Origin: Eubacteriales bacterium
GTDB lineage: Bacteria; Bacillota; Clostridia; Oscillospirales; SIG627
Length of the DNA stretch: 64,000 nt
NCBI GenBank assembly: GCA_045655865.1
Contig: JAZOQB010000047.1
Location: 1,261 to 65,260 of the forward strand
Direction: 5' to 3'
Both the position numbers and the translations under genes were made by a program. Under the pieces are notes generated by a model, which was not told the DNA's origin, did no database searches, and was given only the letters and a program-made list of their open reading frames with translations. Numbering within the stretch: the stretch's first letter is position 1; every line of letters begins with the position of its first letter. Below are positions 55,912 through 64,000 of the stretch, in pieces.

Positions 55912-57276
55912 TTACAACTTTTTTCCAAAATTGTCAACCGTTTCTATGCTTTTCCCGGAAACGGTCATGGTCTCCACGGAAAAATTTTTTTCACTTCCCA
56001 GTCGGATCTCATAGATCTGCCCCACACTTCCCTTTTGCGGAAGCGGTATTTTGGTATAGATAAAGTTTTCAGTATAACCGAACATGGCGCCGTCGCGAAT
56101 CCGCTCACACAACACGTGATACACTTTTCCTTCCCGCTTTTCGGCAAAGGCGGCAGATTGCTTTTTTGCAATTTGAAAAAGTTCGGCGCAGCGAGTTCGT
56201 TTTTCCTCCTGGCTTACCGTTTGGCAAAGCCGGGCAGCACGAGTCCCCTCTCGAGGGGAAAAGGGGAAAATGTGTGTATGCAAAAGACCGGCGTTTTCCA
56301 CCAGGGAAACGGTCTCTAAAAAGTCCTCCCGGCTTTCTCCGGGAAAGCCGCAGATCAAATCTGCAGAAAGTCCTGCATCCGGAAAATAGGACAGGATCGC
56401 ATCAATTGCCTCCTCTTCCTCCCGTCTTCCGTATCTTCTTCCCATGGCAGAGAGCACTCGAGTGCTACCGCTTTGCAAGGACAGATGAAAATGGGGCATG
56501 ACCGCAGGAAGCGCAGACAGCCGGGCACAAAACTCGCGGGTAAACAAAGTTGGCTTTAAGGAGCCAAAGCGGATCCTCTGAAGACCGGAAATCCCATGGA
56601 GCGCTTCCACAAGAGCGGGCAAGTCCGTTTTTTTGTCCAGATCTTCCCCGTAAGCACCGGTTTCGATCCCGGTGAGAACAATTTCCTGATAGCCATTTCC
56701 CGCTAAATGCCGCACCTCTTCTACCACATCGTCCAGCGGACGGGACCGAACCCTTCCCCGGACAATGGGAACATAGCAATAACTGCAAAAGCTATTGCAA
56801 CCGTCCTCGATCTTCACGAAGGCGCGGGCGTTGTGACTTTTCTCCACCCGGAGCTTTTCAAACGCTCTGACTTTGGAAATATCCTCCCTCAGATCCAGGC
56901 GTTCCCTCTCTGCCAACGGCGTTTCGGAAAGTCTTGCCAATATATCGGCGAGCCGGTCTTTTTGGGTGTTGCCGGCCAAAACGTCCACCTGGGAAAACAG
57001 TTCTTTCTCTTTTTCTCCGGCCCCTTGGGAAAAACAGCCGCAAACGCAAACCAAAGCGTTAGGATTTTGTTCCTTTTGACGCAAGGCGCGGCGGATCATC
57101 TGTCGGTCTTTGCGCTCACTTTCGCCGGTTACGGCGCAAGTGTTGACAAGGTACAGATCACACGTGTCCTCGGGCGTACCCTCTTCAAATCCATGGCGAA
57201 AAAGAGCTTCTCGAATGGCCTGGGTCTCGTACTGATTCACCCGGCAACCCAAGGTAACAAATGCTGCTTTTTTCAT
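55912..57276 (-). CDS. mtaB: tRNA (t6A37) methylthiotransferase MtaB
   Basis: MKKAAFVTLGCRVNQYE (MTTase N domain), radical-SAM CNSFCSYC, C-terminal TRAM. ATG 57276 lies 4 nt after the obg stop. The track start at 57357 overlaps obg. Confidence 0.92.
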   Translation of the reverse strand: MKKAAFVTLGCRVNQYETQAIREALFRHGFEEGTPEDTCDLYLVNTCAVTGESERKDRQMIRRALRQKEQNPNALVCVCGCFSQGAGEKEKELFSQVDVLAGNTQKDRLADILARLSETPLAERERLDLREDISKVRAFEKLRVEKSHNARAFVKIEDGCNSFCSYCYVPIVRGRVRSRPLDDVVEEVRHLAGNGYQEIVLTGIETGAYGEDLDKKTDLPALVEALHGISGLQRIRFGSLKPTLFTREFCARLSALPAVMPHFHLSLQSGSTRVLSAMGRRYGRREEEEAIDAILSYFPDAGLSADLICGFPGESREDFLETVSLVENAGLLHTHIFPFSPREGTRAARLCQTVSQEEKRTRCAELFQIAKKQSAAFAEKREGKVYHVLCERIRDGAMFGYTENFIYTKIPLPQKGSVGQIYEIRLGSEKNFSVETMTVSGKSIETVDNFGKKL

Positions 57277-57280
57277 TCTC

Positions 57281-58579
<1,299 letters not shown>

Positions 58580-58641
58580 TCAAAAAGGGTACGCCGTAAG
58601 AGTCACCCCTCAAGACATACCCCTTCAAACTTTTGGAAAAA

Positions 58642-58926
58642 TCAGTCGCAGTAAACGCTGACTTTCTTCTTACCGCCGGACATGGGCTCGTACTTCACGG
58701 TACCCGCCTTCATGGCAAAAAGCGTGTCGTCAGAACCAATGCCCACATTCAAACCGGGATGGATGTGAGTGCCTCTCTGGCGAACCAGAATGTTACCGGC
58801 AATGCAAGGCTGACCGTCCGCCTTTTTTACGCCCAATCTCTTGGACTCGGAATCTCTGCCGTTCTTGGTAGAACCAACGCCTTTTTTATGTGCAAAAAAT
58901 TGCAAGCTAATTTGAATCATCTTCAT
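58642..58926 (-). CDS. rpmA: 50S ribosomal protein L27 (with Prp-cleavable N-terminal extension)
   Basis: [34 protein letters not shown]... ATG 58926 was chosen. The track extension to 59040 lies inside prp. Confidence 0.95.
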   Translation of the reverse strand: MKMIQISLQFFAHKKGVGSTKNGRDSESKRLGVKKADGQPCIAGNILVRQRGTHIHPGLNVGIGSDDTLFAMKAGTVKYEPMSGGKKKVSVYCD

Positions 58927-58937
58927 TACCCTTTCTC

Positions 58938-59267
58938 TTATTCTAGAATTTTGACCGCTAAATGGTCGGGATAACGGATCTGCAGATCTTTCACCTGCAA
59001 AAGCAATCCCTGCAAAACACCCTGAACCGCACTCTCGCATTCCGAAGGAACAGAGAGAATCTTGGCTGAGATCAGGGGCTTATCTTCATCAATTTGAAGA
59101 TCAAGCTCTGCCCCGAACACCTCCTGCAGAGTATTCAATACAAGCTGTGTCATGGCGCTGGCCGCGGCGCATAGCACGTCGTGGGGCGCGGGGGCAAGAC
59201 CTGCGTGACCCTTTACGGAAAAGGAGCGAAACTTGTTATCTTGGATAACAAATTCCCAGCGGATCAT
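58938..59267 (-). CDS. prp: Ribosomal-processing cysteine protease Prp (YsxB)
   Basis: 109 aa. GHAG...VLCAAASA motif with catalytic His/Cys. Sits between rplU and rpmA, with an ATGA overlap with the rplU stop. Confidence 0.93.
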   Translation of the reverse strand: MIRWEFVIQDNKFRSFSVKGHAGLAPAPHDVLCAAASAMTQLVLNTLQEVFGAELDLQIDEDKPLISAKILSVPSECESAVQGVLQGLLLQVKDLQIRYPDHLAVKILE

Positions 59268-59578
59268 GCTCTGGCGATCTTGGTGATCTGAACCTTGGTG
59301 TAGGGCTGTCTGTGGCCTTGCTTTTTCTTCTCGTTCTTTTTCGCCTTGTAACGGAAAACCACGATCTTCTTGGCTTTGCCGTTCTTCACCACGCTGGCTT
59401 CCACACTGGCGCCTGCAATGGTGGGCTCACCCAAAATCAACCCATCGTTGTCGGAAAGGGCAAGGACTTGATCAAACTTAACATTCTCGCCTTCCTGGAC
59501 ATTCATCTTTTCGAGGAAAACCACGTCTCCCTCAGAAACCTTGTACTGCTTTCCGCCAATTTCAAAGATAGCAAACAC
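59264..59578 (-). CDS. rplU: 50S ribosomal protein L21
   Basis: (V)FAIFEIGGKQYKVSEGDVVFLEK... GTG 59578 lies 8-9 nt after GAGAGG. The track start (GTG 59587) abuts the SD and is unlikely. Confidence 0.93.
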   Translation of the reverse strand: MFAIFEIGGKQYKVSEGDVVFLEKMNVQEGENVKFDQVLALSDNDGLILGEPTIAGASVEASVVKNGKAKKIVVFRYKAKKNEKKKQGHRQPYTKVQITKIARA

Positions 59579-59658
59579 GAAAAGCACCTCTCTTTCTTTT
59601 TGTCTCGCTGCTCAGGCAAGCCGAAGCTTTTTTAAAAGCCTTCTACAAGCGGCTCTCC

Positions 59659-59688
59659 ATTGTAACACAACTTACCAGGTTCTGTCAA
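59659..59688 (-). promoter_or_regulatory. Predicted sigma-A promoter of rplU-prp-rpmA
   Basis: Minus strand: -35 TTGACA (59688-59683), 18-nt spacer, TGt-extended -10 TACAAT (59664-59659). This leaves a leader of about 75 nt. Confidence 0.7.
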
Positions 59689-59748
59689 CCTTTTTTTTAA
59701 AAGGATAGAAAAAGCTCTTGAAAACAAAGAAAAGTTTTCAAATTGTTC

Positions 59749-59780
59749 AAAAAAACCGGGGAAAACTCCCCGGCTTTTTC
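59749..59780 (-). terminator. Intrinsic terminator after acpP
   Basis: CCGGGGA-AAAC-TCCCCGG (59756-59773). On the minus strand it is followed by seven U (complement of the A-run 59749-59755). Confidence 0.9.
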
Positions 59781-59783
59781 TAT

Positions 59784-60008
59784 TTAAGAATGGCTTTCGA
59801 TGTATTCCGCCACCGAACGAACGGTTTTCAAACTCATCACGTCTTCATCGGGAACGGTGATGCCAAACTCACTCTCCAGAGTCATCAGCATCTCCACCAC
59901 TTCCAGGCTATCTGCGCCAAGGTCGTCCAAAATGTTGGCATCGTCATCAATGGCAGAAGCCTCCAGACGAAGCTGTTTGGCAAGCATTTCTTTTATCTTT
60001 TCGATCAT
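59784..60008 (-). CDS. acpP: Acyl carrier protein
   Basis: 74 aa. Phosphopantetheine site LGADSLEVVEMLM. AAGGAG lies 8 nt upstream. Confidence 0.93.
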   Translation of the reverse strand: MIEKIKEMLAKQLRLEASAIDDDANILDDLGADSLEVVEMLMTLESEFGITVPDEDVMSLKTVRSVAEYIESHS

Positions 60009-60063
60009 ATTGTAATCTCCTTAATATTCTCCATGTGGAGGCGTCTTTCAAACGAACAGGCCT

Positions 60064-60092
60064 ATTGTACACAATAAACCCCCGTTTGTCAA
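60064..60092 (-). promoter_or_regulatory. Predicted strong sigma-A promoter dedicated to acpP
   Basis: Minus strand: -35 TTGACA (60092-60087), 17-nt spacer, -10 TACAAT (60069-60064). Located in the asnB-acpP gap. Confidence 0.7.
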
Positions 60093-60116
60093 GTAAAGCC
60101 GTTCAATGCCTTGAGA

Positions 60117-62006
60117 TCACAGTTCTCCTTCCAAAACGCGTCGGCAAGTTTTGTCACGTTCGGTAACATAAAGCCGATACCAAGTTGCAAAGACAAGGAT
60201 CGTCCAAAGCTTTCGATAATTGTCGGCCCGGCCCTCACGGTGATCCTCCAGCATTTTCAGCGCGGCTTCCCGATTGATGTAATCCGTGCAGGTCATATTC
60301 TCCAGGATCTCTTTTGCCCAAGGATACAGTTCATTTTTCAGCCAAACGCGCACCGGAACGGGATATCCCAGCTTCGGGCGAAGGAAGGTGGCTTCGTCAA
60401 CCAGATCCCGAAAAGCGTCACGGAGAATGAATTTCGTAGTGCCGTGAGAAAGCTTGTCCTCATCACACAATAAAGCGGCCACACGAAAAACTTCCTTATC
60501 CAGGAAAGGAACTCGCACTTCCAGAGAATGATGCATGGAGAGTCGGTCGCCTTTCACAAGAATGTCCCCTCTGATCCAGGATCGCATATCCACATACTGC
60601 ATCTGTTGCATGGGAGACAGGCCGTTTGCTTTGGCGTGGTTGTAGATCTCCTGCTCCGGCTGATAAAAACGGAGGGTGGGATCAAAGGTGTTGAGAAATT
60701 TTTTCTTTTCTTTTTCCGTAAAGACAAAGGCGTTACCGATGTAGCGTTCAGAAAGGGGCGTAGTTCCTCGGTAGAGAAGATTTTTGCCCTTAACCCAATC
60801 GGGAAGAACACGTGCCAGGTAATTGAGCACCGATCGAATGGGACTCGGAAGGCCGTAGATCTTTGAGGAAAAACGGGATTCGTCATAGACCTTATAGCCG
60901 CCGAAAAGCTCGTCGGCGCCTTCCCCGGAAAGCACCACCTTCAAATGCCGGGCCGCTTCTTGGCACACCAGGTAAATGGCCACGGTAGAGGGATCGGCTA
61001 CCGGAAAATCCAGAGACCAGACGACCTTTTCAAAGGCGTCTTTAAAATCCTCCACGTCTCGCATCACCTTTATGTGCTCCACGTCAAGGTGCCGTGTAAT
61101 GGCGCTGGCGTCGTCGATCTCCGAATAGCCCTTCACCCCAAAAGCCACGGTAAACGCCTTGATTCCGGGATTGATTTTAGATGAGATGGCCGTGACGATG
61201 GCAGAATCGATTCCGCTGGAAAGGAACGTTCCCACAGGCACGTCGCTGATCATGTGATATTTGACACTTTCGGTCAAAGTTTCACGCAGCAGCGCCTTTT
61301 TTTCCTCATAGCTCTTTTCCCGATCCGCACGGAACATGGGGTCAAAATAGCGCTCCACTCTCCCCTCCCCGGTTTTTCCGTCGAACACCATATAGTGGCC
61401 GGCAGGGAGAATGGAAAGCCCCTGAGAAAATTCCTTTGTGGGCATGTACTGATAAGTAAAATAATGCTGGACCAGTTCATCCCCGGTTCGAAAACTTTCA
61501 TACCCGGGATCAAAAATAAAAGCTTTGGCCTCGCTGGCAAAGGTGATTTTTCCTTCATGGATCCTATAATACAAAGGTTTGATCCCAAAGGGGTCCCGGC
61601 CGAGAAACAGGGTCTTCTCCTCCCGGTCGTAAAACGCAATGGCAAACATCCCCCGAAGCTGAGCAATAAAACTCTCGCCATGACGCCGATAGAGTTTGAG
61701 CATAACCTCAAGCTCCGAGGCGGTTTCAAACGTTTCTCCGGAAAGGGTGTCCCGCAACTCTCGGTAATTGTAGATCTCCCCATTAAACACGCCCAAAACG
61801 CTTCCGTCATCGCTTTCCTTTGGCTGACTTCCGCCGGAAAGATCAATAATAGAAAGGCGTCGAAATGCAAAGGCGATGGGGTCTTCCACCATTAGGCTGT
61901 CTTCATCCGGACCGCGGAAACGAATGGTCTGACTCATCTGTCGGAGGATTTCTTTTTCTTTCTGATCAAACCCATCCGGGCGGAACATGCCGGCAAATCC
62001 ACACAT
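60117..62006 (-). CDS. asnB: Asparagine synthase (glutamine-hydrolysing), AsnB family
   Basis: 629 aa. N-terminal nucleophile MCGFAG, GATase-2 domain, and PP-loop-type LSSGIDSA in the synthetase domain. Confidence 0.92.
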   Translation of the reverse strand: MCGFAGMFRPDGFDQKEKEILRQMSQTIRFRGPDEDSLMVEDPIAFAFRRLSIIDLSGGSQPKESDDGSVLGVFNGEIYNYRELRDTLSGETFETASELEVMLKLYRRHGESFIAQLRGMFAIAFYDREEKTLFLGRDPFGIKPLYYRIHEGKITFASEAKAFIFDPGYESFRTGDELVQHYFTYQYMPTKEFSQGLSILPAGHYMVFDGKTGEGRVERYFDPMFRADREKSYEEKKALLRETLTESVKYHMISDVPVGTFLSSGIDSAIVTAISSKINPGIKAFTVAFGVKGYSEIDDASAITRHLDVEHIKVMRDVEDFKDAFEKVVWSLDFPVADPSTVAIYLVCQEAARHLKVVLSGEGADELFGGYKVYDESRFSSKIYGLPSPIRSVLNYLARVLPDWVKGKNLLYRGTTPLSERYIGNAFVFTEKEKKKFLNTFDPTLRFYQPEQEIYNHAKANGLSPMQQMQYVDMRSWIRGDILVKGDRLSMHHSLEVRVPFLDKEVFRVAALLCDEDKLSHGTTKFILRDAFRDLVDEATFLRPKLGYPVPVRVWLKNELYPWAKEILENMTCTDYINREAALKMLEDHREGRADNYRKLWTILVFATWYRLYVTERDKTCRRVLEGEL

Positions 62007-62042
62007 GGAATTTCTCTCCTTAAATTTTGACTTCTTACTGAT

Positions 62043-63323
62043 TTAAATTAGTTTCCAATCTGCCTCGTTTCGAATGTCTTCTAAACTGTTCTTGTGGAGA
62101 AAGAGGGCAAGAGCGTACAAACACCACTCCACTGCGGCGGGATCTACGCGGATGGAGCCCTCAATCAGATACCGCCCCACAAACAGATAACGGTAAAAAC
62201 CCAAGGCAAGGATGGCAAGAAAAAGGATGCACAGGATCACAAACCGATTTCCATAGCGCTGTTCCGTATAGGTTTCACAGCAACGCTTTACGGTAAATAG
62301 CATCAAACATACCAAAACGGCACACGATACTGTCCCAAGGATTCCTAAAACGACGGCAATGGGATCCCCCGGAAAAGAATAGGGAAAATTCCAATCGTCC
62401 CTCAACAAACAAAAGATCCGATAGGCGTATCCTATCAAGGTAATAACAAAGGTGCCCACGGACACGCTTATCTGCCAAGATTTGACTTTTACAGCCTCCC
62501 GGATCCGCCAAAGGCCCAAGCACACAAACAGAGCAAAAAGCGGACGGGGGAACATATTCAAGTGATCCAGATACCAATCTCCCAAAAACACAGAGGCAAC
62601 AAAGAAAAAGAGAAATCCCTTACGGATGGCAAGACGCTTTTGCATAGATTCATTGCAAGATACCTTTTCCTTGTAATCCTCTTCCAGATTGGTGCAAAAA
62701 ACCTCGTCAGAGCGACAGCGGGCCACATACGCCTTGAGGATCCGGGCGGTATAAATGCCAAAGAAAACCAAAACCAGTGCCCCCACCGCAAAAAGGATGC
62801 TCCGAGCCGTGCGGAACGTGCGAACCATCGAGGTAAATCCTTCCACAAGCTCCGGATCCGCATCCACATTGGGAAAGAAAATGACGGCGGTCTGCGGAAG
62901 AAAGGTAGCGATCGGCTTTACCAGAAAAAAAGCAGTAAGATAAAGCCTGGCTACTTCATACCCCTTTAACGCCAGATCTCCATCCCGTCGAACAGCAAGA
63001 TACTGGACGCCTTTGAAGACGTGATCTACCAAAAGGAAACCCAAAAAGATCTCCGCCAAGAAAAAGAAAAAGGTAACGGTAAGCCGCGTGCTTTCGATCT
63101 GAGTGGAGAAAGTGATGCCGTTCGCGGCAAATTTAATCAAGCTGGACAGAGCCAAAAGGAAGGCGTAGCGCCGTCCTGCGGCCACCCGTTCTTCCAGATG
63201 AGAGAGTTTTTCAAGTCCTTTGGCGATAAGCAGATATCCGAACAGATCCGGGATTAGATCCAACGTAATCAGCTCCGGATTGATCAGAAACAAAAATCCA
63301 AAGAATAAAGTACCGGTTCCCAT
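62043..63323 (-). CDS. Polytopic membrane protein, internal duplication of an uncharacterised ~200-aa module
   Basis: 426 aa. The N-terminal half starts LFFGFLFLINPELITLDLIPDLFGYLLIAKGLEKL. The second half restarts FLFFFVASVFLGDWYLDHLNMFPRPLFALFVCLGLWRI. About 12 hydrophobic segments. Confidence 0.8.
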   Translation of the reverse strand: MGTGTLFFGFLFLINPELITLDLIPDLFGYLLIAKGLEKLSHLEERVAAGRRYAFLLALSSLIKFAANGITFSTQIESTRLTVTFFFFLAEIFLGFLLVDHVFKGVQYLAVRRDGDLALKGYEVARLYLTAFFLVKPIATFLPQTAVIFFPNVDADPELVEGFTSMVRTFRTARSILFAVGALVLVFFGIYTARILKAYVARCRSDEVFCTNLEEDYKEKVSCNESMQKRLAIRKGFLFFFVASVFLGDWYLDHLNMFPRPLFALFVCLGLWRIREAVKVKSWQISVSVGTFVITLIGYAYRIFCLLRDDWNFPYSFPGDPIAVVLGILGTVSCAVLVCLMLFTVKRCCETYTEQRYGNRFVILCILFLAILALGFYRYLFVGRYLIEGSIRVDPAAVEWCLYALALFLHKNSLEDIRNEADWKLI

Positions 63324-63335
63324 AGTACTCCTTTC

Positions 63336-63938
63336 TTACGAATCGGAAAGGCGAAAGAGCGACCGCAGAAGACAAATGGTGCCGTACCAAATAAGAAACA
63401 CCAGAAAAAGATAATCCAGTCGGGAGATCACGTTTGCCACCGCGGTAAAACTGACAGGAACAGGCAAAAGCCGCACCAGTCGAGTCAGGAGATACAGCCC
63501 TCCCTCCACCAAAGCAATACGAGGCATCAAGGCGTGGGCACCGGATAGACGGTCCTCGCCTTGTTTGCGGCAAAACCTTGCCGTTTGGCGGAAGAGAACA
63601 TAAATAAAGGCCAGTTCCAAAAGGTGAACGCTCACGTCCAGCGCCCGGCCGGCAAAAATCTGCCGTCCCTGTTCGGAATAAAACACGGAAAAAAACAAGG
63701 TGTCCTTTGCCAGGGTAAACAAAGATAGGACGAAAAACAAAACGGGTGCCTTGCGAATTTGCTCAAAGCCTTCCGCTTTTTTTGACAAAGTGCCAAGTCC
63801 CAAAAAGAGCAGAACCCAACCGATCGCATCCGGGAAAATATCGATCATGGCGTAGGCTCCGTCCATGCCCGTATGGCGCAAGGCGATTTGAAAATCATAA
63901 AGGAACATGAAGCCCAGAAAAAGCGAACCGAAACCCAT
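63336..63938 (-). CDS. Polytopic membrane protein, single copy of the same module (paralogue of 62043-63323)
   Basis: 200 aa from ATG 63938 (TGATG overlap with the upstream stop; AAGGAG 8 nt upstream). GSLFLGFMFLYDF...IDIFPDAIGWVLLFLGLGTL matches the motif of the neighbouring gene. Confidence 0.8.
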   Translation of the reverse strand: MGFGSLFLGFMFLYDFQIALRHTGMDGAYAMIDIFPDAIGWVLLFLGLGTLSKKAEGFEQIRKAPVLFFVLSLFTLAKDTLFFSVFYSEQGRQIFAGRALDVSVHLLELAFIYVLFRQTARFCRKQGEDRLSGAHALMPRIALVEGGLYLLTRLVRLLPVPVSFTAVANVISRLDYLFLVFLIWYGTICLLRSLFRLSDS

Positions 63939-64000
63939 CAACCGTTCTCCTTTAAACCGCAACACTTTTTATACTTCTTACCGCTGCCGCAGGGGCAGGG
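63938..64000 (-). CDS. secA: 3' end of a SEC-C-motif protein gene, most likely secA (5' part outside the window)
   Basis: The minus-strand frame reads PCPCGSGKKYKKCCGLKENG*. CPCGSGKKYKKCCG is the zinc-binding SecA C-terminal motif. Only 20 codons are visible. Confidence 0.6.
   Translation of the reverse strand, partial: PCPCGSGKKYKKCCGLKENG

Noticed and set aside
59579-59658. An L21 leader (Rfam L21_leader) in the 75-nt rplU 5' UTR
   Set aside because: It is plausible by position. However, I only see short hairpins (for example AAGC-UUCG-GCUU) and cannot match the family from memory. This needs cmscan, so it is left unannotated.

Overview
This is a dense, almost fully coding 64-kb chromosomal segment. 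Gene content points to a Gram-positive anaerobe of the Firmicutes/Clostridia type: ruvCAB, the ecfA1-ecfA2-ecfT-truA module, rplU-prp-rpmA-obg, darA-holB-ricT, dnaE, PPDK, class II FBP aldolase, AGGAGG-type RBSs and hairpin+U terminators. The taxon is an inference only. I call 58 CDSs, with the first and last truncated by the window edges. One is a 57-aa ferredoxin absent from the ORF track, and several have N-termini trimmed relative to the track. I also call one THF-I riboswitch with an SD-sequestering platform upstream of folT, 15 near-consensus sigma-A-type promoters, 14 intrinsic terminators plus a possible one inside a 5' leader, and two in-gene tandem-repeat tracts. I recognised no rRNA, tRNA, CRISPR array, transposase, integrase, prophage or known defence genes. 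Most of the window is ordinary core genome. The items worth a second look are listed here. (1) An intact P-type-ATPase homologue in which every catalytic motif I can place is substituted. (2) A ClpC-type double-AAA+ unfoldase whose N-domain is replaced by a ClpX-like C4 zinc ribbon. (3) Three copies of an uncharacterised ~200-aa polytopic membrane module (one free-standing, two fused), translationally coupled to the end of secA and followed by asnB and a separately promoted acpP. (4) A more AT-rich accessory islet at about 46.3-51.3 kb. It carries a translationally coupled PHP-phosphatase/EutH-permease pair, an SGNH hydrolase, a small membrane protein with a structured leader, and a beta-helix lipoprotein with a PNGERPEM tandem-repeat tail. 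(5) A 1025-aa GHL10 plus amidase_3 cell-wall enzyme fusion. I found no clear-cut, self-contained novel system, and the functional ideas are labelled as inference.
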